A stretch of 61,111 nt of DNA from positions 1 through 61,111 of the forward strand of contig JAJDNL010000019.1 in the NCBI GenBank assembly GCA_022340745.1. The letters run 5' to 3'. Positions within the stretch are counted from its first letter, which is position 1. Each line of letters begins with the position of its first letter. The notes below the pieces were generated by a model. The model did not search any database, was not told where the DNA came from, and saw only the letters and a list, made by a program, of their open reading frames with translations. The DNA comes from Deltaproteobacteria bacterium. GTDB lineage: Bacteria > Desulfobacterota > Syntrophobacteria > BM002. Shown piece after piece: positions 29,164-38,353 of the stretch. The position numbers and the translations under genes were made by a program.

Positions 29164-29359
29164 TGTTTTTCGGCATATAAAATGCTAGATATTTACTACC
29201 GAGCATTGGATAGAGCCCAGCAAAGAAATTTGACACAGGTAGCATGAAACAGAATTACCTTGTCGCTGTGGGATATGAGATCTGGGATGTGAGATTCTAA
29301 CGCGAAAGAGAACCGTCCACCCATCGCATAGCTGTTTTCCAAGAAAGGAGGGAAGTAAA

Positions 29360-29869
29360 ATAAACAAGCACGTTAACGTAAACCAAAGGATTAGAGCTCC
29401 CCAAGTCCGTCTTATAGGTGTAGACGGCACACAACTGGGGATAGTGCCGCTGGAAGAAGCACTGGAGCGTGCAATTGAAGAAAAATTGGACCTGGTGGAA
29501 GTGGCGCCCAAAGCAACGCCTCCGGTATGCAAGATAATGGATTATGGTAAGTACAAATACTTGCAGAGCAAGAAACTCCAGGAGGCGAAAAAGAAGCAGA
29601 CCATAATCCAGATAAAGGAAGTGAAAATCCGCCCGAAAACCGAAGATCATGATTATCAGTTTAAACTGCGGCACATCAAACGTTTCCTCGGGGAGAACAA
29701 TAAGGCCAAGATAACTATCATGTTCCGCGGGCGAGAAATAGCCCATTCTGAACTAGGATTGAAAGTCCTCGAGCGTATCATAGCTGACACTGAAGAAGAA
29801 GGCGTTGTGGAACAATCGCCCAAGCTCGAGGGAAGAAACATGACCATGATACTCGCTCCCCGATCGTAG
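29360..29869 (+). CDS. infC: Translation initiation factor IF-3 (non-canonical ATA start)
   Basis: In-frame upstream extension INKHVNVNQRIRAPQVRLIG; SD AAGGAGG 8 nt before ATA 29360; PPVCKIMDYGKY, KEVKIRP. Confidence 0.93.
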   Translation: MNKHVNVNQRIRAPQVRLIGVDGTQLGIVPLEEALERAIEEKLDLVEVAPKATPPVCKIMDYGKYKYLQSKKLQEAKKKQTIIQIKEVKIRPKTEDHDYQFKLRHIKRFLGENNKAKITIMFRGREIAHSELGLKVLERIIADTEEEGVVEQSPKLEGRNMTMILAPRS

Positions 29870-30033
29870 CTTTTCTGGAGGAGCTTGAGACCTTCCCTTT
29901 GACAGGGAAAATTCCTTCCCGTATTGAGAGCTGCGGCGAGAGCCCGTAGTGAGCACCCACGCCGCTTTAGGTTTGCAAGCAGGAAGCCATGCTTGCGGGC
30001 TGCTGTTGCCGTATTCCTCTACCTAAAAATATC

Positions 30034-30062
30034 TTGACAATTTCTGAACTTAAAGATATGGT
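30034..30062 (+). promoter_or_regulatory. Sigma70-type promoter for rpmI-rplT
   Basis: TTGACA-17 bp-TATGGT. Confidence 0.65.
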
Positions 30063-30103
30063 TTTTGATTCCTTTTTGGTACTGAGACCACACGGGAGTT
30101 ACA

Positions 30104-30301
30104 ATGCCTAAGATGAAAAGCAATCGCGGCGCAGCCAAGCGTTTTAAAACCACTGGCAGCGGAAAGCTCCGCCGCGCTAAAGCGTTTAGAAGCCACATCT
30201 TGACGAAGAAATCAGCAAAGAGGAAGCGAAACCTGCGGAAGTCTGGTCTTGTTGACTCCACAAATGCCCGGGGAGTTCGGCGACTGCTGCCCTATGCTTA
30301 A
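30104..30301 (+). CDS. rpmI: 50S ribosomal protein L35
   Basis: [15 protein letters not shown]...HILTKKS. Confidence 0.98.
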   Translation: MPKMKSNRGAAKRFKTTGSGKLRRAKAFRSHILTKKSAKRKRNLRKSGLVDSTNARGVRRLLPYA

Positions 30302-30405
30302 GCGCAGGGAAATGGCTGGCTGATGGGCGTAAAACCCCGGAAAGACGCCAGGACGGCTTCTCTTTTTTTGACAAAATTTTATTTTTATCCGAATAGGGGT
30401 GAATC

Positions 30406-30759
30406 ATGGCACGCGCCACCAACGCAGTTGCTTCCAGAAAACGACGCAAGAAAATACTGAAACAGGCGAAGGGATATCGCGGGGCTCGAAGCAAGTCGCT
30501 ACGCTCCGCCCGCTTGAATGTGGAAAGGGCGCTCCAGTACGCCTATCGTGATCGACGTGTTCGCAAACGTCAGTTTCGTTCACTTTGGATCACCCGGATA
30601 AACGCGGCCGCCCGTATGCATGGCCTCTCTTACAGCAGGTTTATGGATGGTCTCAAGAAGGCCGGAATAGGCCTGGATCGTAAGGTGCTGGCCGACCTCG
30701 CCGTCAACGATCCCCAAGGCTTTGCTCAGATCGCGGAACTAGCCCGCCGGGACGCCTAG
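30406..30759 (+). CDS. rplT: 50S ribosomal protein L20
   Basis: [30 protein letters not shown]. Confidence 0.98.
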   Translation: MARATNAVASRKRRKKILKQAKGYRGARSKSLRSARLNVERALQYAYRDRRVRKRQFRSLWITRINAAARMHGLSYSRFMDGLKKAGIGLDRKVLADLAVNDPQGFAQIAELARRDA

Positions 30760-30778
30760 ATCTACTCCTCCCAAAACA

Positions 30779-31783
30779 ATGAAACAAGAAATTGATACCC
30801 TCCTTCAGGAAACCATTGAGCGATTGGCAACCATCGATAAAGCGAAGGATGTGGAACGACTGCGCATCGCTGTGCTGGGGCGCAAGGGAACACTCTCCCA
30901 CCTGTTTAAAAAACTGGGGGAGAGCCCCGCAGAAGAGCGTCCTGTTCTTGGCAAGATACTGAATGAGACACGCGTACGGTTGGAAAGCGCTTTTGAAGAG
31001 GCTAAATCTCGCACCACCTCCGTCTCCGCTCACAGTACTGCTTTGGATATTTCCCTGCCGGGCAGGTTGCCGTACCTAGGTCACCTGCATCCCATCACCC
31101 AAGTTAGCATGGAGATCGCAGAAATCTTTCAGCGACTGGGATTCGAGGTGGTTGAGGGCCCAGATGTGGAGTTGGACTACTACAATTTTGAGGCCCTCAA
31201 TATCCCCAAAGACCATCCTGCCCGTGACATGCAAGATACTTTCTACGTCACGGACAATATCGTTCTGCGTACCCACACATCCCCCATTCAAGTGCGGGTT
31301 ATGGAAAAACAACCACCACCCGTGCGAATCATCGCACCTGGCAAGGCCTACCGGTGCGATTCAGACGTGACTCACACCCCCATGTTCCATCAGGTCGAGG
31401 GCCTCATGGTGGACAAGGACGTCTCCTTCGGTGATCTCAAAGGTGTGCTCACCGTTTTCGTGCACCAGATGTTTGGAGCGGATGTGGATCTGCGCTTCCG
31501 CCCCAGTTTTTTTCCTTTTACCGAGCCCAGCGCAGAGGTGGACATCCAGTGTGTCATGTGCCGGGGTGAGGGGTGCCGGGTTTGTTCGGAAACTGGTTGG
31601 CTGGAGATTCTGGGCTCCGGCATGGTCGATCCAGAAGTGTTTAAAATGGTTGGCTATGATCCAGAAGAGGTTACCGGCTATGCTTTTGGCATGGGCATCG
31701 AACGCATTGCCATGCTCAAGTACGGAATCAACGACCTCCGGTTGTTTTTTGATAACGACCTGAGGTTCTTGGAACAGTTCTAG
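30779..31783 (+). CDS. pheS: Phenylalanine--tRNA ligase alpha subunit
   Basis: [32 protein letters not shown]. Confidence 0.98.
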   Translation: MKQEIDTLLQETIERLATIDKAKDVERLRIAVLGRKGTLSHLFKKLGESPAEERPVLGKILNETRVRLESAFEEAKSRTTSVSAHSTALDISLPGRLPYLGHLHPITQVSMEIAEIFQRLGFEVVEGPDVELDYYNFEALNIPKDHPARDMQDTFYVTDNIVLRTHTSPIQVRVMEKQPPPVRIIAPGKAYRCDSDVTHTPMFHQVEGLMVDKDVSFGDLKGVLTVFVHQMFGADVDLRFRPSFFPFTEPSAEVDIQCVMCRGEGCRVCSETGWLEILGSGMVDPEVFKMVGYDPEEVTGYAFGMGIERIAMLKYGINDLRLFFDNDLRFLEQF

Positions 31784-31786
31784 CAC

Positions 31787-31890
31787 TGAGGTTTCAGTGT
31801 TCAGGTTTCAGTTTTTTCCTGACACCTGAAACCCGACACCTGAAACCCCGAGACTTGGTGCCTAGTCCATAGTGCTTAGTGCCTAGTTGG
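31787..31890. repeat. Inverted heptamer array between pheS and pheT
   Basis: (GTTTCAG)n 31789-31811 vs (CTGACAC/CTGAAAC)n 31819-31848, then (TAGTGCY)n. Confidence 0.8.
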
Positions 31891-31928
31891 TGCAGCTGCT
31901 GGAACCTTAACGACCGCAGGAACAAATT

Positions 31929-34337
31929 ATGCTCATCAGCCTCAAATGGCTTCGCTCTTTAATCAGCTGTGATGCTTCACCTGATGAGATTGCCCACCGG
32001 CTTACCATGGCCGGCTTGGAAGTGGAAGCCATTGAGCCTTTCCACTTCGGCCTGGAGCGGGTTGTGGTGGGGAGCATCCAAAGCATACAGCAACATCCCG
32101 CTGCTGAGCATCTCCAAGTCTGCAAGGTGCAGGGCTCTGGAGGTATCCTGGATGTGGTCTGCGGCGCTCCCAATGTGGCGGCGGGACAGATGGTGCCTCT
32201 TGCCCTGGATGGCGCCCGTCTGGCTGACGGTGCTGAGATTGGCTCAGCTGAAATTCATGGCGTATTCTCCCAGGGCATGCTTTGTTCGGAAAAAGAACTC
32301 GGTCTGGGAGAAGACGCGAGCGGCATAATGGTCCTGGATTCCAACTTGTCCCCCGGAACCCCCCTGGCCGAAGCTCTCGAACTGGACGACTTAGTTCTGG
32401 ATATAGGCATTACACCAAACAGGGCCGATTGTCTGAGCCTCGTGGGCATCGCCAGGGAGGTGGCGGCCCTCTTTGACCTCCCGTGGTCTCTCCCTCCCAT
32501 TAGCCTCAAGGAGAGCGGCCCGCCAGTAGAAACTTTGACCTCGGTAACTATTGAGGATCCGGACCTCTGCCCTCGCTATGCCGCCCGGGTGGTTCAAAAT
32601 ATTACCATTAAACCTTCTCCTCTTTGGCTGCGACAGCGTTTGGAGGCGCAGGGTATCCGGGCCATCAATAACATTGTGGATGTTACCAACTATGTTATGC
32701 TGGAGTTGGGCCAACCCTTGCACGCCTTCGACTTCCACCGTCTGGACGGCAACCGTATTGTGGTGCGTCGGGCGCAAGCCAATGAAACGTTCGTAACCTT
32801 GGACGGCCAGAAGCATGAGTTGCAGCAAGATATGCTGCTTATCTGTGATGCCAGCCACGGCGTAGCCCTGGCCGGCATCATGGGCGGCCTTGACTCGGAG
32901 ATTGCTCCCGATACTAACACCGTTCTTATCGAAAGTGCCCATTTTCAACCAACTGGCACCAGGCGGACCGCCAAAGCCCTTGGAATGAGCACCGAATCAT
33001 CTTATCGCTTTGAGCGGAGGGTAGACCCTGAGGGTGTGCTTACCGCATTGGATCGGGCCGCCCAGCTTATGGTGGAACTGGGCGATGGTGAGTTGGCCGC
33101 CGGCTGCATTGATGTCTATCCAGTTCCAATTGGGCAGGAATCGATACAACTCAAGGTGTCTAAAACCAATCGCTTCCTGGGCACGGATCTCACCAGAGAA
33201 GAGATCTGTAAACATCTGGAGTCGATTCAGTTGAAGGTCAGCACTGCCGAAGAAGACCTCCTCGTGGTAGATCCACCATCTTTTCGCGCCGACCTCAGCC
33301 GCGAAGTGGATCTCATGGAGGAAGTGGCCCGGTTGGCAGGATACGATCGTATCCCCAGTGCTTCACCCATGGCTCGCCTGGCTTCAGCCAAGCCGGCTCA
33401 AGATCAGGTCATCAGACAGCAGAGCAAACAGCTCCTTGCAACCCACGGTTTTTGCGAAATTGTCTCCTACTCATTCATCAGCGCCCAATCTGTTGATCTG
33501 CTGAGACTTGAAGAGGACGACCCGCGGAGGCGGCTCCTTCCCCTTCGCAACCCCTTGAGCGAGGAGCAGGCAGTAATGCGCACTTCACTTGTTCCAGGTA
33601 TGCTAGAAACTGCCGCCCGCAACCAGCGCCAAAACAACTTCAATTTGAGACTCGTTGAAATCAGCAAGGTCTTTTTCTCCAGAGGAGCGGAGGAACTTCC
33701 TGAAGAGCGATTCAACCTTTGTGGCCTGCTCTCTGGTACGCGTCGGCCGCTAGGATGGAACGAGCCAGCTGAGAGCGTTGATTTCTTCGATATCAAAGGT
33801 GCGCTCGAGGCTCTCTTTCTGGGTCTCGGAGTCGCAGATATTCGTTGGGCCGATACGAATCCAGCTCCTTACTTAAAGCCAGATGCCGCTGCGTGCCTCT
33901 TCTTGGCCGACTCTTGTTTGGGGGATCTGGGGGAGGTCCATCCCAGGGTTCTAGAGGACTTCGACCTCAAAGGCCCCATATATATTTTTGACATCGACTT
34001 CGACCTCCTCATGGAAAACACGGTATCTCTGAAAAAGTTCAAGCCCTTGCCAAGATTCCCCGCGGTCAACCGTGACCTGGCCATTGTCGTTTCTGGTACT
34101 GTCGCCGCCCAAGATTTGCTCGATTATCTAGAAAAACATCGACCGCAGTACTCTGAATCCATCACCCTCTTCGATCAGTATCACGGCAAACAGCTAGAAG
34201 AAGGTAAAAAGAGTCTTGCCTTCCGCATCACCTACAGATCCGGAAAACGTAGTCTCACTGACCTGGAGGTCAATGAAATCCATACGGCATTTGGCCAAAA
34301 GGTCATCGCCGCATTCCAGGCTGAAATACGCTCTTGA
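31929..34337 (+). CDS. pheT: Phenylalanine--tRNA ligase beta subunit
   Basis: VCGAPNV, TPNRADCLS, GQPLHAFD, SSYRFER, FDX-ACB domain RFPAVNRDLA. Confidence 0.98.
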   Translation: MLISLKWLRSLISCDASPDEIAHRLTMAGLEVEAIEPFHFGLERVVVGSIQSIQQHPAAEHLQVCKVQGSGGILDVVCGAPNVAAGQMVPLALDGARLADGAEIGSAEIHGVFSQGMLCSEKELGLGEDASGIMVLDSNLSPGTPLAEALELDDLVLDIGITPNRADCLSLVGIAREVAALFDLPWSLPPISLKESGPPVETLTSVTIEDPDLCPRYAARVVQNITIKPSPLWLRQRLEAQGIRAINNIVDVTNYVMLELGQPLHAFDFHRLDGNRIVVRRAQANETFVTLDGQKHELQQDMLLICDASHGVALAGIMGGLDSEIAPDTNTVLIESAHFQPTGTRRTAKALGMSTESSYRFERRVDPEGVLTALDRAAQLMVELGDGELAAGCIDVYPVPIGQESIQLKVSKTNRFLGTDLTREEICKHLESIQLKVSTAEEDLLVVDPPSFRADLSREVDLMEEVARLAGYDRIPSASPMARLASAKPAQDQVIRQQSKQLLATHGFCEIVSYSFISAQSVDLLRLEEDDPRRRLLPLRNPLSEEQAVMRTSLVPGMLETAARNQRQNNFNLRLVEISKVFFSRGAEELPEERFNLCGLLSGTRRPLGWNEPAESVDFFDIKGALEALFLGLGVADIRWADTNPAPYLKPDAAACLFLADSCLGDLGEVHPRVLEDFDLKGPIYIFDIDFDLLMENTVSLKKFKPLPRFPAVNRDLAIVVSGTVAAQDLLDYLEKHRPQYSESITLFDQYHGKQLEEGKKSLAFRITYRSGKRSLTDLEVNEIHTAFGQKVIAAFQAEIRS

Positions 34338-34489
34338 AATTTAATCGATGGTGTTGCATATTACACAGCAGACAGTGCAAGCTTCTATACGAAGCAATCA
34401 GTGAACGGTATACAAGCAGTTGGGACGAAAACCTTAACCCTTTTCCTTTTCGCTGTTGACCGCTTTTTGAAACGGCATGTGCCTCGATT

Positions 34490-34810
34490 ATGACAGACTT
34501 CATTCCCAGTAAGCGGTTTTTCAAGATTGGCGAGGTGAGCCGGATTGTAGGCGTTCCCACTCATGTGCTTCGCTATTGGGAGCGAGAGTTTTCCCTTGTC
34601 CGACCCCGACGCGCCCCTTCAAAGCAGCGGGTTTACCGTCGTAAAGATGTGGAGATGCTCCTGCACATCAAGAATTTGCTTCACGACGAGCAGTACACCA
34701 TCGCTGGCGCCCGCAAGAAATTAAAACTCCCCTCAGATCACTCTTCACACCACCCAACCTTGGATGAAATCAAACAAGAACTGATCGCCCTTCGACGCAT
34801 GTTAGATTGA
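34490..34810 (+). CDS. MerR-family HTH regulator
   Basis: [20 protein letters not shown]...YTIAGARK; the type typically found after pheT-ihfA. Confidence 0.92.
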   Translation: MTDFIPSKRFFKIGEVSRIVGVPTHVLRYWEREFSLVRPRRAPSKQRVYRRKDVEMLLHIKNLLHDEQYTIAGARKKLKLPSDHSSHHPTLDEIKQELIALRRMLD

Positions 34811-34996
34811 CAGTTCGATTGATGAGCTGAACACGGCATGATTCCTGCAGGCATGCGACATTACTACAAAAAAGTATTTGCATTTTTATAGCAATGCTGC
34901 TATAGATACCGAGATCTTTTTTGTAGCGAAATTGAAAGCATACGTGTTTAATCGCTGCTCTCACCTAGTGCGGAGCCAGTAAAAGTGAGGGGGGGT

Positions 34997-35392
34997 ATGG
35001 ATCTCGTCTTATCCAAAGAATCGATAGATAACATCATTAGCGTTCTGGATGAAGACCTTCTCCGGGCCGGGGCTGACTGTGTCCTCTTGGTTGACCGTTC
35101 TGGTAATCTTATTGTCAATCGAGGCGATCCTGCCAATCTGGATGTTGTAGCCTTAGCTGCACTCTCTGCGGCCAATTTCGGCGCAACCGCCGAGATTGCT
35201 AAACTCATTGGCGAAGATGACTTCGCTCTTCTTTTCCACAAAGGCAAAAATGAAAGCATCCACTTCACCAAAGTGGGAAAGGGGTTCATTCTTATTACCC
35301 TTTTCGGCAAGGATGTTTCCTTGGGGCTGATCAGGTTAAATACCGCGAGAGTGACTGATACACTGGTACCTATTCTGGGCGGAGAGCAGTAA
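34997..35392 (+). CDS. mglB: Roadblock/LC7 protein MglB
   Basis: LLVDRSGNLI, ALAALSAANFGATAEIAKLIGEDDF..LFH.G, SLGLIRL; directly upstream of mglA. Confidence 0.88.
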   Translation: MDLVLSKESIDNIISVLDEDLLRAGADCVLLVDRSGNLIVNRGDPANLDVVALAALSAANFGATAEIAKLIGEDDFALLFHKGKNESIHFTKVGKGFILITLFGKDVSLGLIRLNTARVTDTLVPILGGEQ

Positions 35393-35394
35393 CT

Positions 35395-36006
35395 GTGTCG
35401 TTTATTGATCTTAGTAAAAACGAGGTCCAATGTAAGATCGTCTACTACGGACCTGGGCGAGGGGGCAAGACTACCAACCTGCTCTACTTGCACCAGGCCA
35501 TGACCGACTCTGTTCGTGGCAAGATGGTTACCATCGATACCAAGGGTGACCGCACGCTCTTTTTTGATTTTCTCCCTTTGGCCCTCGGTCAGATTCAGGG
35601 ATTGAGTATAAAAATCCAGCTTTACACCGTCCCTGGCCAGGTCATGTACAATGCGACCCGCAAACTGGTTCTCAAAGGTGTGGATGGCATTGTATTCGTT
35701 GCTGATTCCCTGAAGGTTCAGAAAGAGAAGAACATTGAGAGTCTGGAAAATCTGAGACTGAATCTTGCTGAAGATAACATCGACATTAAGGAAATTCCTC
35801 TCGTCCTTCAGTACAATAAGAGAGACCTCGGCGGTTCTAATATCCCCATCCTCTCTGTTGAGGAGATGCAGGAAGACCTGAACAAGGAACTCCAGGTTCC
35901 CTATTTCAGTGGCAGCGCACTCAAGGGCGACGGTGTGTTTGAGACGCTGAGAGAGATCAGCAAGGGGACAGTAAAATATGTGAGCCGTAAGCTTTTATCT
36001 CGTTAA
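35395..36006 (+). CDS. mglA: Small GTPase MglA
   Basis: KIVYYGPGRGGKTTN, DRTLFFDF, LYTVPGQV, QYNKRDL. Confidence 0.93.
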   Translation: MSFIDLSKNEVQCKIVYYGPGRGGKTTNLLYLHQAMTDSVRGKMVTIDTKGDRTLFFDFLPLALGQIQGLSIKIQLYTVPGQVMYNATRKLVLKGVDGIVFVADSLKVQKEKNIESLENLRLNLAEDNIDIKEIPLVLQYNKRDLGGSNIPILSVEEMQEDLNKELQVPYFSGSALKGDGVFETLREISKGTVKYVSRKLLSR

Positions 36007-36035
36007 CAATCGCCAGTTGCCATAAGGAGGGGGAA

Positions 36036-38282
36036 ATGGATTTGACCGACGACCCCTTGGCAGGAGTTGATGCCAGCGAATTAGAGGCCGACATTGACAA
36101 GGCCATAGACGAACTCTTCGTAAAAAAAACCGAGGGGAAGGAACCTTCGCGAGCTGAGGAAGCCCCACCCGAAGAGCCCGACAAAGAACCGGCAGAGAAA
36201 CCAGTGGAAGAATCTGTCCCGGCTCCGCCGGCTGAAGCCGCAGATGATCCTTTAGCTCAATTGAAGGAGAGTCTTCTCACTCTGGATTGGGAAATTACTC
36301 CGGAGTCCATACAGGATTTTGAAAAAGAGCTCCAGGCCGTTAGCGACAAGCACGGTGATGATCGTCACTGCATGGCAGTGATTAAAATGTCCCTGGGCGT
36401 GCTCACATATCTACGGGCTGCAAAGGCTGATGCAGCGCCGATCTCCGTCCAGTTTTTACATGGAGCTACCCGCGGTCTTGATCTCTTCCTGCGGGAGTCA
36501 GAACCCACAGAGGCTGAGCGCAGCGAGGTAATGGACCAATTGCTCGGTCAATTTAGGCGGGTGAAGGCTGAGATCCAGCGGATGAAACCGTCGGCAGAAA
36601 GACCTCCAGCAGTTGAGCCCGAACCAGCCGTCGAGCCTCCGCCAGATGATGAGCCGATTTTGGAAGAAATGGTCGCGGAAGAACCAGCGCTGGAGGAGAT
36701 AATCGAGGAAGAGCCGATTCTGGAGGAGGCTGCCGCAGAGGAACCAATACTGGCGGCTACCCCTGAAGACGAACCAGTTCTAGACGAACTATTTGGGGAA
36801 GAACCGGTATTAGAAGAAGCGCTCGAGGAAGAGCCGATTCTGGAGGAGGCTGCCGCAGAGGAACCAACACTGGCGGCTACCCCTGAAGAAGAACCAGTGC
36901 TGGACGAATTATTCGGAGAGGAACCGGTATTAGAGGAAGCGCTCGAAGAAGAGCCGACTCTGATCGCTCCTGCAGAAGAAGAACCCTTGCTGGAAGAACC
37001 TCCGGAAGAAGAACCGACACTGGAAGCACTCACCGCAGAGGAACCAACACTGGCGGCTACCTCTGAAGAAGAACCAGTGCTGGACGAGCTTTTGGAAGAA
37101 GAACTTGTCGCTGAAGACATACCCGGGGCAGAGCCAACTCCGGAGGCACCTCCCGAGGAGGAACCAGTTTTTGAGGAGCTTTTCGACGAAGAACCGGTTC
37201 TGGAGCCAGCGGCAGAGCCAGCGGAAATGGCTCCGCCACCTGAGATGGTCCCGGCTGATACTCCTGCATCCCAGCAGCCCTTCATCCAAGAAGCCAGAGC
37301 CCTGAGTGGTCAACTTTCCAATGCTTTGCAGGTCCTTGACCAGGAGACCACCACCTTTTTTGCTCGCATTTTGCAAGCAATGGCAGGCAAGCCTGCTCTC
37401 CAGAAATTAGAGAGACATTTTGGCTCCGTGCATAAGACTGTAGGAGCTAAACTGACAGACGCCCAGGAACTGTCCGGCAATCTGAGTGCAGCGCTGAGCA
37501 AACTTGAGCAAAATTTAGACCAGCAGCAAGAGGGAGCCCTTGCCCCGAAAGCCCAGGCTGCAATTGATTCGCAGGTTACAACTATCCGTAATGCTGTTCA
37601 GAGTCTAAGTCAGGCCGCTTCCAACCTGCAGCACAGTCTTGCCGGTAAGGGTGTGGCATCCGAAGGGATAGCATTCAAAGATGCGCAATTGGAAACTGAA
37701 GAGTTCTCCTTGGATTCTGATGAGTTCATGGAGTCTCTAGATTCCGAACCAGTATTGGACCTGGTCGAGGAGATACCTTCCGAGTCCCCTGGTATGACTC
37801 CCGATGCACAGGCTAGCATTTACCTGGCCGACGTGGTCAACAACACCCTGGGTATTCCTGCGGAGGCCGTCGTCAATATCTACAAGGTTTCCAAGGGCAA
37901 AGTGAAGAGTTTGCGCAAGAGAGGTTACCTTAGACTGACCGATTTCAAGGGGGCATTTCGCAGCATCAAGCGGGGAATTACTGGTCCTCTCGCCAACCTC
38001 AAACCGAAAGACTTGAAGAAAATCCAATTCCCCATTATCACTCTTGGTGCGGAAATCCTTGGCAGCGATGACACCGAGGCCGTAGCCCCCGTCAGAGGTA
38101 TTGTTCTGCTCAGCACTGGTGAGCGCCACGGTGCCTTACTGACTGATGAGGTCATGCAAAGGACGCCCTATGACGTCAAAGGCTTCCGCAAAGCTGGGGT
38201 ACCAGGAAAGGTGAGCGGCACGGCCACCATTGAAGGAGATTTTGAGATTAACGTTATTGATCCGAACTACGTGCTCTCGTAA
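36036..38282 (+). CDS. Large acidic protein with EEEP decapeptide repeats and possible C-terminal CheW-like domain
   Basis: LKESLLTLDWEIT helical domain; about 19-20 EEEPxL repeats; C-terminal beta domain LGIPAEAV...ALLTDEV...SGTATI...VIDP. Confidence 0.75.
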   Translation: MDLTDDPLAGVDASELEADIDKAIDELFVKKTEGKEPSRAEEAPPEEPDKEPAEKPVEESVPAPPAEAADDPLAQLKESLLTLDWEITPESIQDFEKELQAVSDKHGDDRHCMAVIKMSLGVLTYLRAAKADAAPISVQFLHGATRGLDLFLRESEPTEAERSEVMDQLLGQFRRVKAEIQRMKPSAERPPAVEPEPAVEPPPDDEPILEEMVAEEPALEEIIEEEPILEEAAAEEPILAATPEDEPVLDELFGEEPVLEEALEEEPILEEAAAEEPTLAATPEEEPVLDELFGEEPVLEEALEEEPTLIAPAEEEPLLEEPPEEEPTLEALTAEEPTLAATSEEEPVLDELLEEELVAEDIPGAEPTPEAPPEEEPVFEELFDEEPVLEPAAEPAEMAPPPEMVPADTPASQQPFIQEARALSGQLSNALQVLDQETTTFFARILQAMAGKPALQKLERHFGSVHKTVGAKLTDAQELSGNLSAALSKLEQNLDQQQEGALAPKAQAAIDSQVTTIRNAVQSLSQAASNLQHSLAGKGVASEGIAFKDAQLETEEFSLDSDEFMESLDSEPVLDLVEEIPSESPGMTPDAQASIYLADVVNNTLGIPAEAVVNIYKVSKGKVKSLRKRGYLRLTDFKGAFRSIKRGITGPLANLKPKDLKKIQFPIITLGAEILGSDDTEAVAPVRGIVLLSTGERHGALLTDEVMQRTPYDVKGFRKAGVPGKVSGTATIEGDFEINVIDPNYVLS
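36646..37210 (+). repeat. Coding tandem repeat, 30-bp period with a 120-bp higher-order duplication
   Basis: 36705-36824 and 36825-36944 are near-identical. Confidence 0.88.
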
Positions 38283-38353
38283 ATCGCCACCGGCCTAGAC
38301 TGATTGACCGCCTCCCAGGTTAGCAGGACAGTTGCCCGGGGTCTTCCCTGACC

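Noticed and set aside
36548-37285. 245-aa Ser-rich minus-strand ORF
   Set aside because: Antisense shadow of the Glu-rich repeat.
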